From: Solemya velum
Lineage: Eukaryota
Assembly: GCA_048127485.1 (NCBI GenBank)
Contig: JBHNWI010000006.1
Span: 46,258,358 to 46,322,357 of the forward strand
Length of the DNA: 64,000 nt
Direction: 5' to 3'
Both the position numbers and the translations under genes were made by a program. The notes under the pieces were generated by a model that worked only from the letters and a program-made list of their open reading frames with translations, was not told the DNA's origin and made no database searches. Numbering within the stretch: position 1 is the first letter of the stretch; the number at the start of each line of letters is the position of its first letter. Positions 1 to 13,960 of the stretch are shown piece by piece.

Positions 1-3000
1 ACACAAAATCCATGTACACAGACTTAACAAAAGCACAGCATAAAATTTATGCCTTTGCCAATCATGTGAAGGAAAAAACATTTCTCATCTTTCTACTCGT
101 AGTAGAAATATGTAAATTTCTACTACTTGACATGTGGTATACCTTCTCTAATTATATAACAAATGCTCAGATGCAAATGTAGCCCAATGGTTAACCAATG
201 ACACCGACAACAGGGCCTATTTCAAATATTGATCCTGAGAATACTGCTATTTAAAAAGCTTGGAAAAATTGGAAAGCGATGCACAGACAGATACAGTGTT
301 TGGTACAATTTCATCAGAACAATGTGCGTATTGGGTAAGATAACTTGACATTTCATTAAAAAAAACATGCCTATTGGGTAAGATAGCTTCATATAATAGC
401 AAATTCTGTGCTAAAGCATGAATTCCGTGCACTGAAGCCACTTCCGTGGATTCTGCTGTGCGTGGGGCATCCTGGCAGGAGTATTATATGAAGATAGATA
501 GATTAGATATTACAAAGCAGTTTACGAACAAGATTTCCCTTCAGTAGAACTGTGCCAATATGAAGTTGTTGCTGTTACCTGTATCTCCAAGAAATTTATT
601 TATCTACAATTTATTCTAAGGTGATGCATATAATGTGTCAAAAGTAAAATATACTTTTTAAAGTTCTGTATCCTGAGGAAAAAAACAATTAGTAAAGATA
701 ATTTATAGGTTTATTTTACTAGTGTTTATACTAATATGGTATACTAGCAAGAACAGACAATATGTATAAATATCACAGAATATTCAAATATTAGAGTGAG
801 TTTTACTGTGACGCAGGTCAGAGTGTGAATGGAAATCTCAACCTCAGCCTGGTAGGTTTGTACACTGTACGACGGGCTGTGATGATTAGACTAGTTGCTA
901 GCTATAAATAATAGTTAGAACAGGTCAGTAGGCTGGGCTATTGGTTACCATGAAATTTCAAAGACACAAATTAAGCATGCAGCCATGAATATTGTTGCCT
1001 GCAAAAAAAAAGAATTGCATAGGAAATCTTTATGTGATCTTTATTTAGTAAAAAAAATCAATAATTGGGTTTGGCAACAAGTTCTTAAACTTAGAATTGG
1101 CCCCACAAATACATCGAAATAACAAATAAAACTGCCATATCAGTAGGAATGTGGTGAGATGAAGATAGTGTCATCTAAGGAAAACATTACGATAGTAATA
1201 TGAGATGTACAATAAACTTATTTGGTGAGTTTGCTAATACCTTAATGATAATAGGGCTCTGGAAATGTCATGGATCAGTGAAACACAAGCAAACTAGTTT
1301 TGAGTATCGACAAAGGAAATCAGGTGAATCTGCATGTTGCCTTGATAAAACAAAACCAAATTAATGACAAATCTTATCTTGAAGTTGTATAACTGTACAG
1401 TGGAGGGGATGGGCTTTCAGAAAATAAGTGAAGTGACTGACTAAGGTTCCAGTACATCTAATCTGTCGTATAAATTGGCCACCATGTTTTGTCACAAGCT
1501 GTGTTGCTGGATGGTGCCAACAAACAGCTAACCTCTATATCACAGTCAAGACTCTGCTCTTAACCAATCACAGACAGCTTTTCAAAAACAAAACGATCAA
1601 TTAAACTAAAGGGTCAAATAGTTAGCTACTTGGCTGAGATTTCTGTTCACACTCTAACCTGCGGTACAGTAGTTGTATCATATTGATATGGGTATTTACA
1701 AATATTAAAGTAAAATATTTCTTCATACTTTTATCCTAGATATTACTTATTTCACTTTAAATACAAATAATAGTGTGATTGTCTATTTTTGTTTGACTAA
1801 TAAAAATATTAACTTCCTATTTTTACCAAAATTTAGAAGTTGATGATGCCACAAACTGCTTAGTAATTATCTGTCTTTAGAAATAATATTGTCAACCAAG
1901 AATATTTTCTGTAACAGGTGTAATTAGAAACATTGTTGATGTTGGATTTGGCCAATTTTTTTTTTCTATACACCATTGTTAAGAACAATTTCACTTTTTA
2001 GTAATGCAGGAATGATGAAATTACAGTTCTTTGAAAGTGATGTATTGTGTATTAGGAAGTGTTGAATTAAAGAATTTGGTTACATCAGATTTCATACATT
2101 TCATTGCAGATTCTAAGCACTTGTTTGTCTTGATATAGAACTGTTTCTATAATATAATTTCATAATAAAGATGCTGTTTTATGTGACAATATGTATTTTA
2201 CAACTAACTTGTGGTCTTCGATGAGGCATGCTAACAGGAAAGGTGCTCTGACCCTAAAAATCAGTTGACAGTAGCAAGAGAATTAGTTCAAATCACAAGT
2301 CAAGCATTGCTGTTTTTCAAACGTTACTAACTTTTTATTTAAGATAAATAAGTTTATTTTTAGTAACACATATATAGTGAAGATGTCATTTTCCTTAATA
2401 GTCATTTTGACATACTATACAACTTTAAAAAGTATAAACAATCTCAGTCTATATAAGATCTATGCTGGGGTTCAAAGTTGATAAATACAGTACAGTTATA
2501 GTGAAAAGTGAAAACCCATTTTTTTTCTAAGTTAATGAATAATATAGATTATACAAGGCCACTTTGCACTATGACATCAGCAATACTCACTAGATTTGGG
2601 ATTAGGTTAAGTTTGATGGATGTCCATTACGCATTTCACTTTTCTACTAACTATTGTGAACTATTTTTGCAATTACATGTACATTATATATCATTAAAAT
2701 AAATAAATATCTGAATGCAACTGCATTCAGATACTGCAGTATATTTGAACTGATCCCCAACAATAACACTTAATAAATACAGAACTATTTTTTGCTCACA
2801 GAAGTTGTTGCTAGAATTAATGAGGAAGTTGTTGAGACCAGCACACCATGTTTGTCTAGCAGATACTTTTTGGCCTAGAAAAACAAAAGAAAGCTACTGT
2901 TAATATTTAATGCATTATATTCAAATATTTAGAAGAGGAAAGTGATTATCATTGTATGTGTTACAACTTTTAGTCTTACAACTTGTATGTTTTTATACAA

Positions 3001-3501
3001 AATATCTATCAGTTATTCTTTCAATGTTGTTTTGTGCCATTAAAATACATTACATTCTCAAAACAAAAAAAGGCTAACGACCACTACTCATCTTGGATTT
3101 TATAAATCTAGACATTGTCAACAATACAAAATCACTGTTACTCTATATCCAAGATAAAGACAAACTACAAACAAATGGTTGTGTATATCTGCACCACCAT
3201 TGATGAAAGGATGGCTGCTTAGAATTTACACATGATTTATTTTCTAATAAATTAAAAAAAAAACTTTTTTGACCCATGAGACTGCACAGTAGTTATATCT
3301 GAAAGCACATGAGTTATAAATTGAAACAATGCTTCAACCAGTCTTCTTTCATGAGTGTGACCGAGCTAACTAGACACAGCTTTGAGAAAAGCATACAAAT
3401 TTCAAATCAATTAAATAGAATTGAGATATCACATTAATAACTCTTCATTTACTTGTATAACATGTATAAGTTTTATAATTGTTTTGGTTATAATATCTGT
3501 T

Positions 3502-3582
3502 TTACGAGGAGAAAAAAGTCAATGAATAAATCACCTCATATAATCTATCTTTATCTTCCATGACCCTTCGTCTCTTGAGTGC
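3502..3582 (-). CDS. Candidate terminal coding exon (C-terminal tail plus stop) continuing from the 4113-4298 exon
   Basis: The acceptor is ctattttcattag|GCACTC. The phase-0 frame reads ALKRRRVMEDKDRLYEVIYSLTFFSS then TAA. It is in phase with the upstream exon. Confidence 0.3.
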   Translation of the reverse strand, partial: ALKRRRVMEDKDRLYEVIYSLTFFSS

Positions 3583-4112
3583 CTAATGAAAATAGAGAAT
3601 TATAGATGACATTATATTTACTAGAAAGTAAAAAGCATCAAATAAGTGACTTCTGTCATTATTGTTCATTATAACATATGACCACCAATAGAGCTCCAAA
3701 TCAGTATTTTAATCATCATTTACAAACCAAAATTATCAGTTAGTGACTAAAATATAATAAAGTGCCACTTATTCCTAAATGCAAGCATTTTCCTAGGTGT
3801 TTTTAGGGCCAAATATTGGATCTTTCCCAATTCAAAATACATGTACCCCTCTTGATCTTCCCAATTTCATTTTCAAAATGAGTTTTTTTTAAATACCAAA
3901 AAAGCCTACACGTGGGACTGTACAAAAACAGGCCATACAAATTTTCTGTTCTGATTTAGGTGCTTGGCCACTCAAAATACATTTTCATTTAAATACTAAA
4001 ATATCCAAATTCATCCCTATGTCTCTAATTTCCCAATTCTGTGGACTCTTCGAAAAAAAGGTTGTTGGGTCTATTTTAAGTTTGAGTTATTACAGAAAAA
4101 GGAAATACTCAC

Positions 4113-4298
4113 TGTTAGCATGATATAGACACCAAATATAAGATGAAAGATGACAAGTACAAGAATTAGTGTAACAATAGACCAGACATCAAATCCCGCT
4201 GCTACATCTATCCCAGCTGTATTTGCAATGTAGCTCATGATAGAATTTCCAGCTGCATTGAGAGCAAGGAACATGAGTGAAGCCAACACATAGATATC
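4113..4298 (-). CDS. Internal coding exon encoding two transmembrane helices; possibly M3 and M4 of the upstream channel gene
   Basis: The acceptor is attgtttcag|GATATC and the donor is ACA|GTGAGT. The 62 codons read DIYVLASLMFLALNAAGNSIMSYIANTAGIDVAAGFDVWSIVTLILVLVIFHLIFGVYIMLT. DIY-x6-F-x-AL-x-N-AA resembles the M3 start of GlyR and GABA-A receptors (AIDIW......FVFSALLEYAA). Confidence 0.45.
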
Positions 4299-5436
4299 CT
4301 GAAACAATAGTAAAAAGTGGTATTGTGCATGTAGATCTAAAGATTAGAGTCAAAACTTTCAGTTTGACCGTATCTTTGGAGAACATAACCTTAGCTATTG
4401 CAATTTACATGTATCAATTTGTAATTGTAGAATAAGATATATTTTAACTTTATATACTTATCACTATGAATTTAAGGATAGTAGCCTGTGTAGCAACCCA
4501 GGCAACGCCCAAGGATTACACCCCCCCCCCCACATATGCACAAGTCTCATGTAGCTACCAAGTGCCTATGGACACCTTTCTATTTTTGTAAGCAGCCCCA
4601 AAAGAGGAGACGTCGGAGGGTGAATTGAACATTCATAGGATCGAAACTGGTGTTGAGATAACCAAACCCAAAAGAAAATACCTGACTGTACTGGGCAGGT
4701 AGGAGCAAAGATAATCAATAGCATGAGATGAATCCAGATGAGCAAGGATTTGTCATAGAAATGCAAAAAAAGAAGAAGATGCGCATCCTAGAAAAGGAGA
4801 CAAAGCCAGTGGCAGAATATCAACCATCCAAAAAAAAAAAAATTGGAACTAGAGACACCAAGACTGAAGGCAGATAATTCAGAGTGGAGGTCCTACCCAT
4901 GCGCAACAAAGCTATTGGTGATGTGGCTGCTGGTGTAACATCAGAATGTCATATCCTGTATTACAGGACATCAACCCCAGTCACATACTGACCCTGGGTT
5001 AACCAGTCCTTGAGCAAACCTAATATCGGGTGCTCGACAGGCACCCGCAAAGAATACTAACTGGAAAGACCAGACCAGTTGGAACCTTCCCATCCTCCTT
5101 GACCTCCCAGTTATTGAGCGGGAGCTACATCCACAAGGCCACAGTGTCGGTAGCTCACGATTACTGGAAGACGGTAACCAACAGGCAACCAAAAGCAACA
5201 GATACCATACATAGTTGGGAAGACGCCTATTGACATATGCCATGTTGGAGAAAGCGATTGCTGGAGCAAGTTTCACCTGGATGTAGTGGTTCAAAGCACT
5301 GTAAGCCAGACCCCGGAGCTCAAGACAACCTACAGTAAGCAAAAATAAAAGTATAAAAGTCGGCAATGCATGGAGCGGTTACAACCAAAAGGTTGAGTAA
5401 GTAATAAGTGGGACTATAGCAGAGAAGAACCACAGG

Positions 5437-5768
5437 TTGGTTGGTTGATTGGTTAACTAGTTTAACATCCTGTCTAGCAATTTTTCAGCTGTTAAGAAAT
5501 GTATGCAGTGTTTGTGCGTGCGTATCATATGTGTCTGCTTGCGACAGTGTGCACTCTTGGCGCTCTTTAGAGTGCTGCCTCACTGGAATGCCATATTATA
5601 CTGACACCGGGCCGACCAGCCGTTGTGCTAACCTTCGAGTCGGACGTCTGACAGGCAACCACAACGAATACCGATTTGAAAGAATTTGGTTTGTCCCGGC
5701 CTCGAACCTGCAACCTCCCAGTCACCAAGCAGATGTCCTTACCACTAAGCCACGGTGCTGGTGAAGAA
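5437..5768 (-). mobile_element. SINE family A copy
   Basis: Reverse complement of the 51772 copy. On this strand the tail appears as (TTGG)n at 5437-5456. Confidence 0.75.
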
Positions 5769-7089
5769 CCACAACCAACTGCAGTAGAAACATAATGGAA
5801 ACACAACAACAATGGAGCAGAGGGAAACGTGTGTCACTCCAAGACGGTACTAAGAACCGAAAGAATCAGAATAGAAAGCCTACCAATAGGATAGGGATGG
5901 AGATAATCCTGGATAACTGCCAACAAGTCATTGGATACCGACAAACACAGGTACAATACAGCGCGACGATCAGCGCAATGAGTTTGGGAGGCAAGGAGTA
6001 TTAGTGATATTTCACTGAATGGGGTGTAACAGACAGGCCAAACAAGTGCACCATTCGAAGACTGAAGGTACAGAGGCGTCCAAAGCACACCCTTCATGCC
6101 CAACTAAATTGAACACTGGGAGCAGTTCCCATGCCATAACCCACGGATGGAGCTGTATCATAGACTGGTGGTAACACATAACACCGTAGCAAAAGAGCAG
6201 GGAGATAGCTCTTGATGAACCCACCCTGGTGTGAGTGGGATCGACGATAATTGCACAGAAAATGCATCAAGAATGTAGCAAATAGTTGAGGTGAGAGAGT
6301 AGACAGCATGGTTCAGCGTCGCAGTCACTCAGACATTCGGTCCAATAAAGGACTGGTGGGAGAGGAGCACCAATTCATGGTGTAAAGACAACAAATCATT
6401 GGAAGACTTGGTCGTCCGATTTTCCTCCGATCAAACAGACATAGTGTTGATGAGAAGTGAACCAAAAATTAAACCAACCAGTCACAGTTGGGTTGGACTC
6501 TAGTTGATGTACCAGAGAAATAACCGGAGAGGTCGAGTCTGGAAGACAATCCAATCCAACAGCAAACAACTAAACAGAGGAATGCATGTCACGTGAGAAG
6601 TGATGACAAGACTGACCACTGCACTGTCAATACTCCCAGGGTTCCAACAATCTCACCTGAATGTGACAGGGAGAACAAATCTGATGAAGCTATGGGACAT
6701 TATTAATGTTACAAGAATGATGATATCCGCGGTTCCTAGCCCTCGTCTTGAACACAGGTGACATTGTGTGGAGTAAAGTAGCATCCGCTATGGGCCAGCA
6801 ATTATTTTGCCCCCCTGCCAAATTTCATTGCAATGCAACAATACTTTAGTAATTATTGTGTAAAATGTTCCCCACAGTGCCTGTACACATGTATTCTGCC
6901 ATCTGGATGACAAAGCAAAAACCGAAACTCATCACTGAACCAACAAGAGCACCGCAAACGGTACATAATACGTGTGTGCTTGAGTTAACATAGCCACCTA
7001 ACAGTGAGAGCCATACTCACTAAAGATATTTCATTGACACTTCAAAGAGACATGCAGCACTATAACTAGGTACAGTTGCATGTACCACT

Positions 7090-7810
7090 TTCATGACTTT
7101 CACTCAAATGTGCGAGAGTCATGAATGTGTATGCCACACTGTGCCTAGTGGTGGTGCATGTGTGTATGAAGTGTTGTCGAAATATCTTGAATGGTTCAAA
7201 AGTTATAGCCTGGACAAGCAAAGACCATATTCGACTTTTGACCTTGAACTTTGACCTTGACTGTTGGACATGAATGTGTCACACTGCACTGTGCCTAGTG
7301 GCGGTACATGTGTGTATAAAGTGTTGTCGAAATATCTTGAATGCTTCAAAAGTTATGACTCAGACAAGCAAAAATCATATTTGACCTTTGAACTTGTAGT
7401 GAGGGTCATGAATGTGGTATGTTACACTGCACCTAGTAGTGTTGCATTTGTGTATGAAGTGTCATTAAAATATCTTGAGCGGTTCAAAAGTTATGGCCCG
7501 GACAAGTATTATGTTCAGTAGTTTATTGTGACCTTGACCTTAGAGCGAGAGTCCTGAATGAAGTACGCAACACTGCACCTAGGGGTGTTGCATGCGTGTA
7601 TGAAGTGTCATCATAACATTTTGAGCGGTTCAAAAGTTATGGCCCGGACAAGTATTAGGTTGAGTAGTTCATTGTGACCTTGACCTTAGAGCAAGGGTCA
7701 TAAAATGTGGTACGCGACACTGCACCTAGTGGTGTTACATGTGTGTATGAAGTGTCGTCGTAATATCTTGAGTGGTTCGAAAGATATGGCCTGGACAAGC
7801 AAATACCATA
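7090..7810. repeat. Satellite: about 145-bp unit, 5 copies, with direct TGACCT repeats
   Basis: The anchor GCCTAGTGGTGGTGCATGTGTGTATGAAG recurs at 7145, 7295, 7430, 7578 and 7722. Confidence 0.8.
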
Positions 7811-8290
7811 TTTGACCTTTGAACGTGAATTGTGACGTCGACCTTGAGGTCACATGGCTGAGACATGAACCCGTTTGAGCTATAGTCATCCCCAACCCAC
7901 ATATGAAGTTTGATCGAAATCCAATCGTAAATGAAGACACTAGAGTGATGACAAGCAATTGTTTACGGATATTTGACCTTCGACCGTGAATTGTGACGTC
8001 GACATTGAGGTCACATGGCTGAGACACGAACTCGTTCGAGCTATGGTCATTCCAAACCCACATATGAAGTTTGTTTGAAATCCGATCATAAATGGAGACA
8101 CTAGAGTGATGACAGGCAATTCGAGTATTTGACCTTTGACAGTGAATTGTGATGTCGACCTTGAGGTCACATGGCTGAGACAAGAACTCGTTTGAGCTAT
8201 GGTCATCCCCAACCAACATATAAAGTTTGATCGAAATCCGATCATAAATGTAGACACTAGAGTGATGACAAGCAATTGTTTACGGACGGA
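7790..8290. repeat. Second satellite: about 160-bp unit, 3.2 copies
   Basis: The anchor GTCACATGGCTGAGACA recurs at 7842, 8000 and 8167. Confidence 0.8.
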
Positions 8291-9100
8291 CATACGTACG
8301 GACGCAGGCGATACCATAATACGTCCCGTCAAGACAGGGCGTATAAAAAAGTCTCCATCTCACTTGAGTTCATACCCTGACTGACAACAACATTGTTGTT
8401 GAAGGGCTGGGCTTTCAAATTAACGCCATGAATAGGCATGTAGTCCTGCATTCCATGAAAAGTTCTGGACAGTCTGTGCTCATATCCTGCGCAAACCTGG
8501 ATGTCATAGAGGATGATATTATCTTCACTCAAACGTTGCCGATTGTTAAATAAAAGTTGTTCCTCCATATGAAAATCATGTTTTTCTTTATACTATATCA
8601 ACTTTTACTAATGCCACTTAAAAAAGTTACCTACATTATTTGACTGTGAACACTAATTATACAGCTGTGAACACTGTTTTAAATTAAAGAACTAAGTGAG
8701 CACGCTCACATACCCCACGCCCCCACATTGATGGAGGAGCAGGTTTAAGGTTGGAGATTGTCATAAATTGATAATGCAAATAAAAACAATACAGCCGACT
8801 TGGACTGTATTTTTCTCTCCAGTCAGGTTGTATTTTTCTCTCTGGTTAGGTTGTTGTCTCTTTGACACACTCCTCATTTCCATTCTTATTTTAATTGAAT
8901 ATTAGGATAAGAATCTCCTAATGACAATCAAGTCTGGTTGAAATATGATTGAAATATTGACTGTGTAAGGTAAATCACACATGTCTGATTAGAAAATACA
9001 AAGTATTAAATGCATACCATTAAATCTTAAATTTTTTATTTGAATAGCAGTTTGTTGGGAATATGGAACAGGAATTACTCTAGCAATACAAACTGTCATT

Positions 9101-9589
9101 TCAGACATATATATGGTCAATACAGGAGCCAGATATATGAGTTGGTGAATGCACAACTTGACAGAAATCCTCTGATGCTAATGCTTTTATTAAGCAGTTA
9201 TTTGGTTCTTTCAAAATATTGACATTGAAGTCACCTATAATCACAAAAGGAAGTGTATCCATTTTTGTCCAGAACTTGAAGAAGGTTTTTAGTAAAGTTT
9301 TTAAGACCAATCCATGGAGATCTATACACATGAAGTACTAAAATCAAGTATGAATGCCTTCCTGCCTGGAAAAGTTCATATTCGATTCTTTTATGTTGAA
9401 TCTGTTCCTGTAATGGATGTAATGTCCATTGAATTGAAGTGTAAGTACAAAAACCGTCATAAGGCAGTTTACTGATTTTGATGTGATCACTATTGTAACA
9501 TGATTCTCATAGGATACCATTGTTGTATTTGTAATATCAAAGTATTGATGGTGCATGCATGAATACTTGGATTTGAAAAGTGGATCCAT
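9101..9589 (-). mobile_element. LINE AP-endonuclease (EEP) domain relic
   Basis: FVIIGDFNVN...SCIDHIYV are the GDFN and S-x-IDHI motifs of LINE AP endonuclease. Confidence 0.45.
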
Positions 9590-11590
9590 TTGTGCGTAAC
9601 TTTTCGCTTGGCACCACTGCTAGGGGGAAGTGTCTGCTCCCCCAATTTATTTCATCGCATACAGATGTTTAAAACACCTACTTTTGAAAATTTGAGACAA
9701 GAATAGATTTAAGACTGGAAAATCATATGTTAGCAACACGGTTTCAAAGGGCTGCTTTGTGTGCTTTTGTCATCAGCGGTTATCCCAGTACACTCATACC
9801 AAAGGAATGTTTCATGATAACTAGAAGTGCTTCCCAGTTAAGTTGGAGTTTGTCAATGTTGACTTTGAAATTCACATGTGGAATTATGCAATTGTGCCTC
9901 ATATCAAAATTCAACTTCAATTACAGAATACAGAAATCAGAACTGTTCAAACAACAAAGTATGTGTGCAGCTGCCATCCCATATCAATCCATGCGCTGCC
10001 CAAAATAAAATAGTGATTTCCCCAATTCCTGTTCACTGATTGGTACAGAACACATTACAAGGCAACATCTGGAACATGTTCGTACTGAGTAGTGCCACAG
10101 TATTATTTCCTTTAGAGAGGAACATATTTTATAGTCGAGATTTTAGGGAAATCGGTCTGTTTACCTGTCTCAAAAAGGCCCAGGAAGGATGCCTGAATCA
10201 TACAGCACACAACACCTGGTACATTATCAACATAAATATGCAACCATAAATGGAGTGTTTAGCTCTGACTTACCAAATAGGTCAGATACGAGATAGTTGG
10301 AAGGCTTTGTTTAACAACAAGTTTGAAAGCCACAGCTGTAAGGAACAAGGTGATAGTAACTGCCAATCTGTCTGCTGATCCAGGTTCAATTGAAAATGTT
10401 GAGAAAGCCAAGCTAACAATCATCAACTGGAAATTAAGTAGAAATTGTTATGTATCTGACATTTTTCTTGCAAATAATGTTAGAATTAAATGTAAATATT
10501 CAAAATTTCTAACATGTAACAGTCAGAATAGTTATTTTCATATAACTAATAATTTCATTTGCAACCAAAAGAATTAAAACTGATAAACAATTAAAAAAAT
10601 GTTTGTATTTCGCAATCTCTCATTTTTTATGAGAGTGGTCACTTTCATTATAGTCATGGAGCCTGGAAGGGTCCTGTATGCACCGGGATGTAACCTCACT
10701 TTAGCTTCAGATCTTGCTAAAAGGCAGTATGGACATTTTTAAAAAAGTCGGTCACGCATGCCAGATCTGGTCCAATTTCCAGCACTTTGAAATGCAAGAT
10801 GTCTTAGATGGCTGCCATCCAAAAATTATATTTTCATAAAATTATTAGTATTTGGTCGATAAGTATGTCAAATAGGAGCTCTTGGCAGGGACAACATATC
10901 TCTGAATTTGGAAGACCACACTGAGCACCAAAGTAAATCTACAGCGGGTGCCATATTGTTCAATATCTCTATATACATGAAACAGCCCTAATATCCATTT
11001 CAGTGAAGACTAGGTAAAAATGGTGGGTACTGTTGGAGAGCCCAATTTTTTATTTGTTTGCCTGAGGTGGTGGTTGTAAATTGGTCATCCCTTTTGTGCA
11101 AAACTGATATAAGTGGTTGACAACTAAAAATTAAGCAATGGCAACAGGTGTCTCATGCTGAATCCTTGTGTATAATTGGTCCCTTCTTCACTTCAAATAG
11201 CATATGAAAGTGTCCATATGTTGTTTGTGAAGGGAGACCCAAACCACTACCATTGATGTCTATAGAATTTTATTTGGTACAATGGAACCTTACTAAAAAG
11301 GCAATTGTTCCCAATATACTAAGAACACTTTTTTCACATCTGATTCAAGACAGCACTCAGAACAGCTTTTTTCGGTAACTTATTCAAGTACACATACTAG
11401 TATGTTAACACAGTAATTGTTAGATACTGGTCCTAAAAATAATTAATGATGCAGTTAATTATTTTAACACTAGTTTAGACATCTGTACAACCACTGAGTA
11501 ACAATATGCGAGGTACATACATTTATATAAATATTGCATAAAATTTATGAGTATCTGTTGCATATTTAATAGTTGCCAGAAAACCCTTAC

Positions 11591-11845
11591 CATTATGAAG
11601 ACTATGTTCCACATGAAATAACCAATTTTCCTGGAAACTCTGCACTGGACATGTAGGATTGGATGTACTGTAGAACTCGCATACTCAACTGTTGTAATGT
11701 CTTTAAATGATTCCACATGTTTGTAGATTTTCCATTCCTGTGCATCCATGAATGCATTCACATTGACTGAACCTAGAGATGATTGGTCCTCGATCAAATG
11801 TATTTGCTCTATCGACCGCTCAGTAGAGATTGATATGGTTAGATC
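11591..11845 (-). CDS. pLGIC exon: beta8-beta10 and the pre-M1 segment
   Basis: The acceptor is aataatttcag|GATCTAACC and the donor is ATAATG|GTAAGG. The 85 codons are open and end ...VQCRVSRKIGYFMWNIVFIM. This resembles the pre-M1 R-x-x-G-Y-Y/F motif at the start of M1. The FP-to-R distance is 76 aa, matching GlyR. The exon is phase 0 to 0 and is compatible with the upstream exon. Confidence 0.65.
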
Positions 11846-13008
11846 CTGAAATTATTTAGTCAATCATGTTAATAAATTTCACCATCAGCAGTAATTCTAG
11901 TTACACTATAATACCATGTCGGTCTCTGAAGCATATCTTTTCAATCACAGGTCCCTTGACAATAAAAAGCTTTAGATTAATACAAGCACCGCCACCTGTG
12001 AACAGGAAATAGGTCAGACTGACCCAACTACCCCAAAAGACACATCTAGGTTCATGGGGATCACTTGTGTGCAGTATAATTCCAATCCACCCAAGAGTTT
12101 AAGAGTTGTGCTCCGGTAATGAAATGTTGACGACGACGCCAGACGTAATACCGGTAAGTGATCCCTATGTCTCGCTTCTGCTTTGCAAGCGAGACAAAAA
12201 CTGAAGCAACTTGGATATGTGGAAATATCATGGATAGACACTGGTGAGTTGTGATATAAGAAAAAACAAGCATTCTGAGAATATTGTTAGGCAATACAAT
12301 GTCCCTTATCGGTGGCCAATATTATCAATTACACAAGTGTTATAATCTACATCTGTATTTCATAAATTTATAGTTTTGTAGTTAGACCAAAATGGCAACT
12401 GACTCCCTGCTTAGTATAAACAGGGAGCTACTCATTCTGCTCTGTGGAGCATCCTGGGGGTTGTATGTATGGGTGGCATTCCATGAAAAACTCACCAACT
12501 CCCTATCCAGCAGCATATGACGTACCTGTATTACATGAAGGGTGGCTTATACTGCTGTCTGCACACATGTGGTGAAGGGGATACACATAGGCCTGCTGGA
12601 GCTTCTTAGCTATATCTCGTATCGTAAAGGGCCTGGACTGTACTGCCCAGTTGTAATGACTTATTGTTATAAATCCTTTTTCAAAGTGATCCAATCCATC
12701 CAAAATTGGCAGGAAAATTCACAAATGAAAGAGTGTGGATTGAGAAATATGTGGCATTCATCTTCTAAAATTTATGCTGCTGGATTCACCCCCCCACCCC
12801 CCAAGTTTTTTCTGAGGTCCTATATTCTCATAGGTATCTTTTCCATTATGCTAGGGTGAGCGTTCAGAGCCCTCAGAGTTTGGATATTGAGAAAAATGTA
12901 TTACCGGTAGTCACAGTACTGGCAGTGGTATGTAATAATTTATTAATCTGATCATTACCTATGTTTTTATAAGAGAAAAACTTCAAATTTAACTCACTCA
13001 CTACTCAC

Positions 13009-13215
13009 TTGAACATCCACAGGGAAATGCTCCAGTTCCAAATTTTCTCTAAAAAAACCTTTCAATCTCCAGAACTGATAAATGAGTGGATTTTGGTATC
13101 CACTTTCTGCAAATCGAACTTTATATGATTTTCTATTCAATAGTGGTTCACCGTCACAGTTCAGCACTGTGAGTTTAGGGTCCCAATAATTTTTAATATC
13201 GAAGTCCTTCAGATC
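13009..13215 (-). CDS. pLGIC exon: loop A (W-x-P..N) through the Cys-loop region, with both Cys-loop cysteines absent
   Basis: The acceptor is ttttttttttattcccccaag|GATCTG and the donor is CAA|GTGAGT. It encodes DLKDFDIKNYWDPKLTVLNCDGEPLLNRKSYKVRFAESGYQNPLIYQFWRLKGFFRENLELEHFPVDVQ. YWDPKLTVLN fits the W-x-P-[D]-x4-N loop A motif. FPVDVQ fits the FP-x-D-x-Q Cys-loop core. The W-to-FP spacing is 54 aa, as in GlyR and nAChR. The residues at the two Cys-loop positions are E and L. Confidence 0.65.
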
Positions 13216-13960
13216 CTTGGGGGAATAAAAAAAAAACATTTTTATAACAATGACAATAATTTGAACTAAACACTATCAAACAATAATGACCAAGCTCTAG
13301 GCGGTACATGCATTAACAATATGTTGTCAAAAGCCAAACTATCAAAATTCTCAAATTATAAGGAATTATGTATTTAAATTGTAATTCAAATGTACAAATT
13401 AAACTTGTTTAGAAATTAGAGTAATACATGTAATAAAGTTACAACACAACACCAGTACTCATCTTCAGATGTATCATTATTCAGACATAACTAATATATT
13501 GTATGGGGAAGGGAGGGGAGGGGGAGTCGTCATTCTGACAGTAAGACACAAGAGTGAGTGACTAGAGGAATTGTGCTCAATCTCTTGCAGTTACCCAATT
13601 ATAATACAGTGGCTGTGTATCCAAGTCCTTTTTGGTACTAAACTACGTACTATGTCCATCTTCACATTGACACAAGTAACGTTTTCTTTGTAGTTTAGAT
13701 ATGTTGTTTGGGGATGTACTCAATTTCAACATGTGAACAAGAAAATATTCTAACTAGAGTCCCATCTTTATAAAAAGACGGACGGGCTTTCCTATTCTTT
13801 TTCTTTCTTGTGGGTTCTTTTAAAAAAAACATTTATCCACCAACAAAACTACATACCTACTAAACACATACACAAACAAGCTGGCAAGCAAACAATAACT
13901 ATTTACATACTTAATTACCTGTACACATAAACAAACCAATTAAAACAAATACATGCATTT

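Noticed and set aside
4566-4766. Hydrophobic minus-strand ORF (…LLIWIHLMLLIIFAPTCPVQSGIFFWVWL…) considered as the missing M1 exon of the channel
   Set aside because: The strong acceptor at CTCCTACCTGCCCAG gives a non-TM reading in the required phase 0. The block lies in a GC-rich region resembling SINE/TE sequence.
7090-8290. Could the tandem arrays be a CRISPR array?
   Set aside because: The units are 145-160 bp with about 10-15 percent divergence and no short unique spacers. The genome is eukaryotic with spliced genes and TEs. These are satellites.
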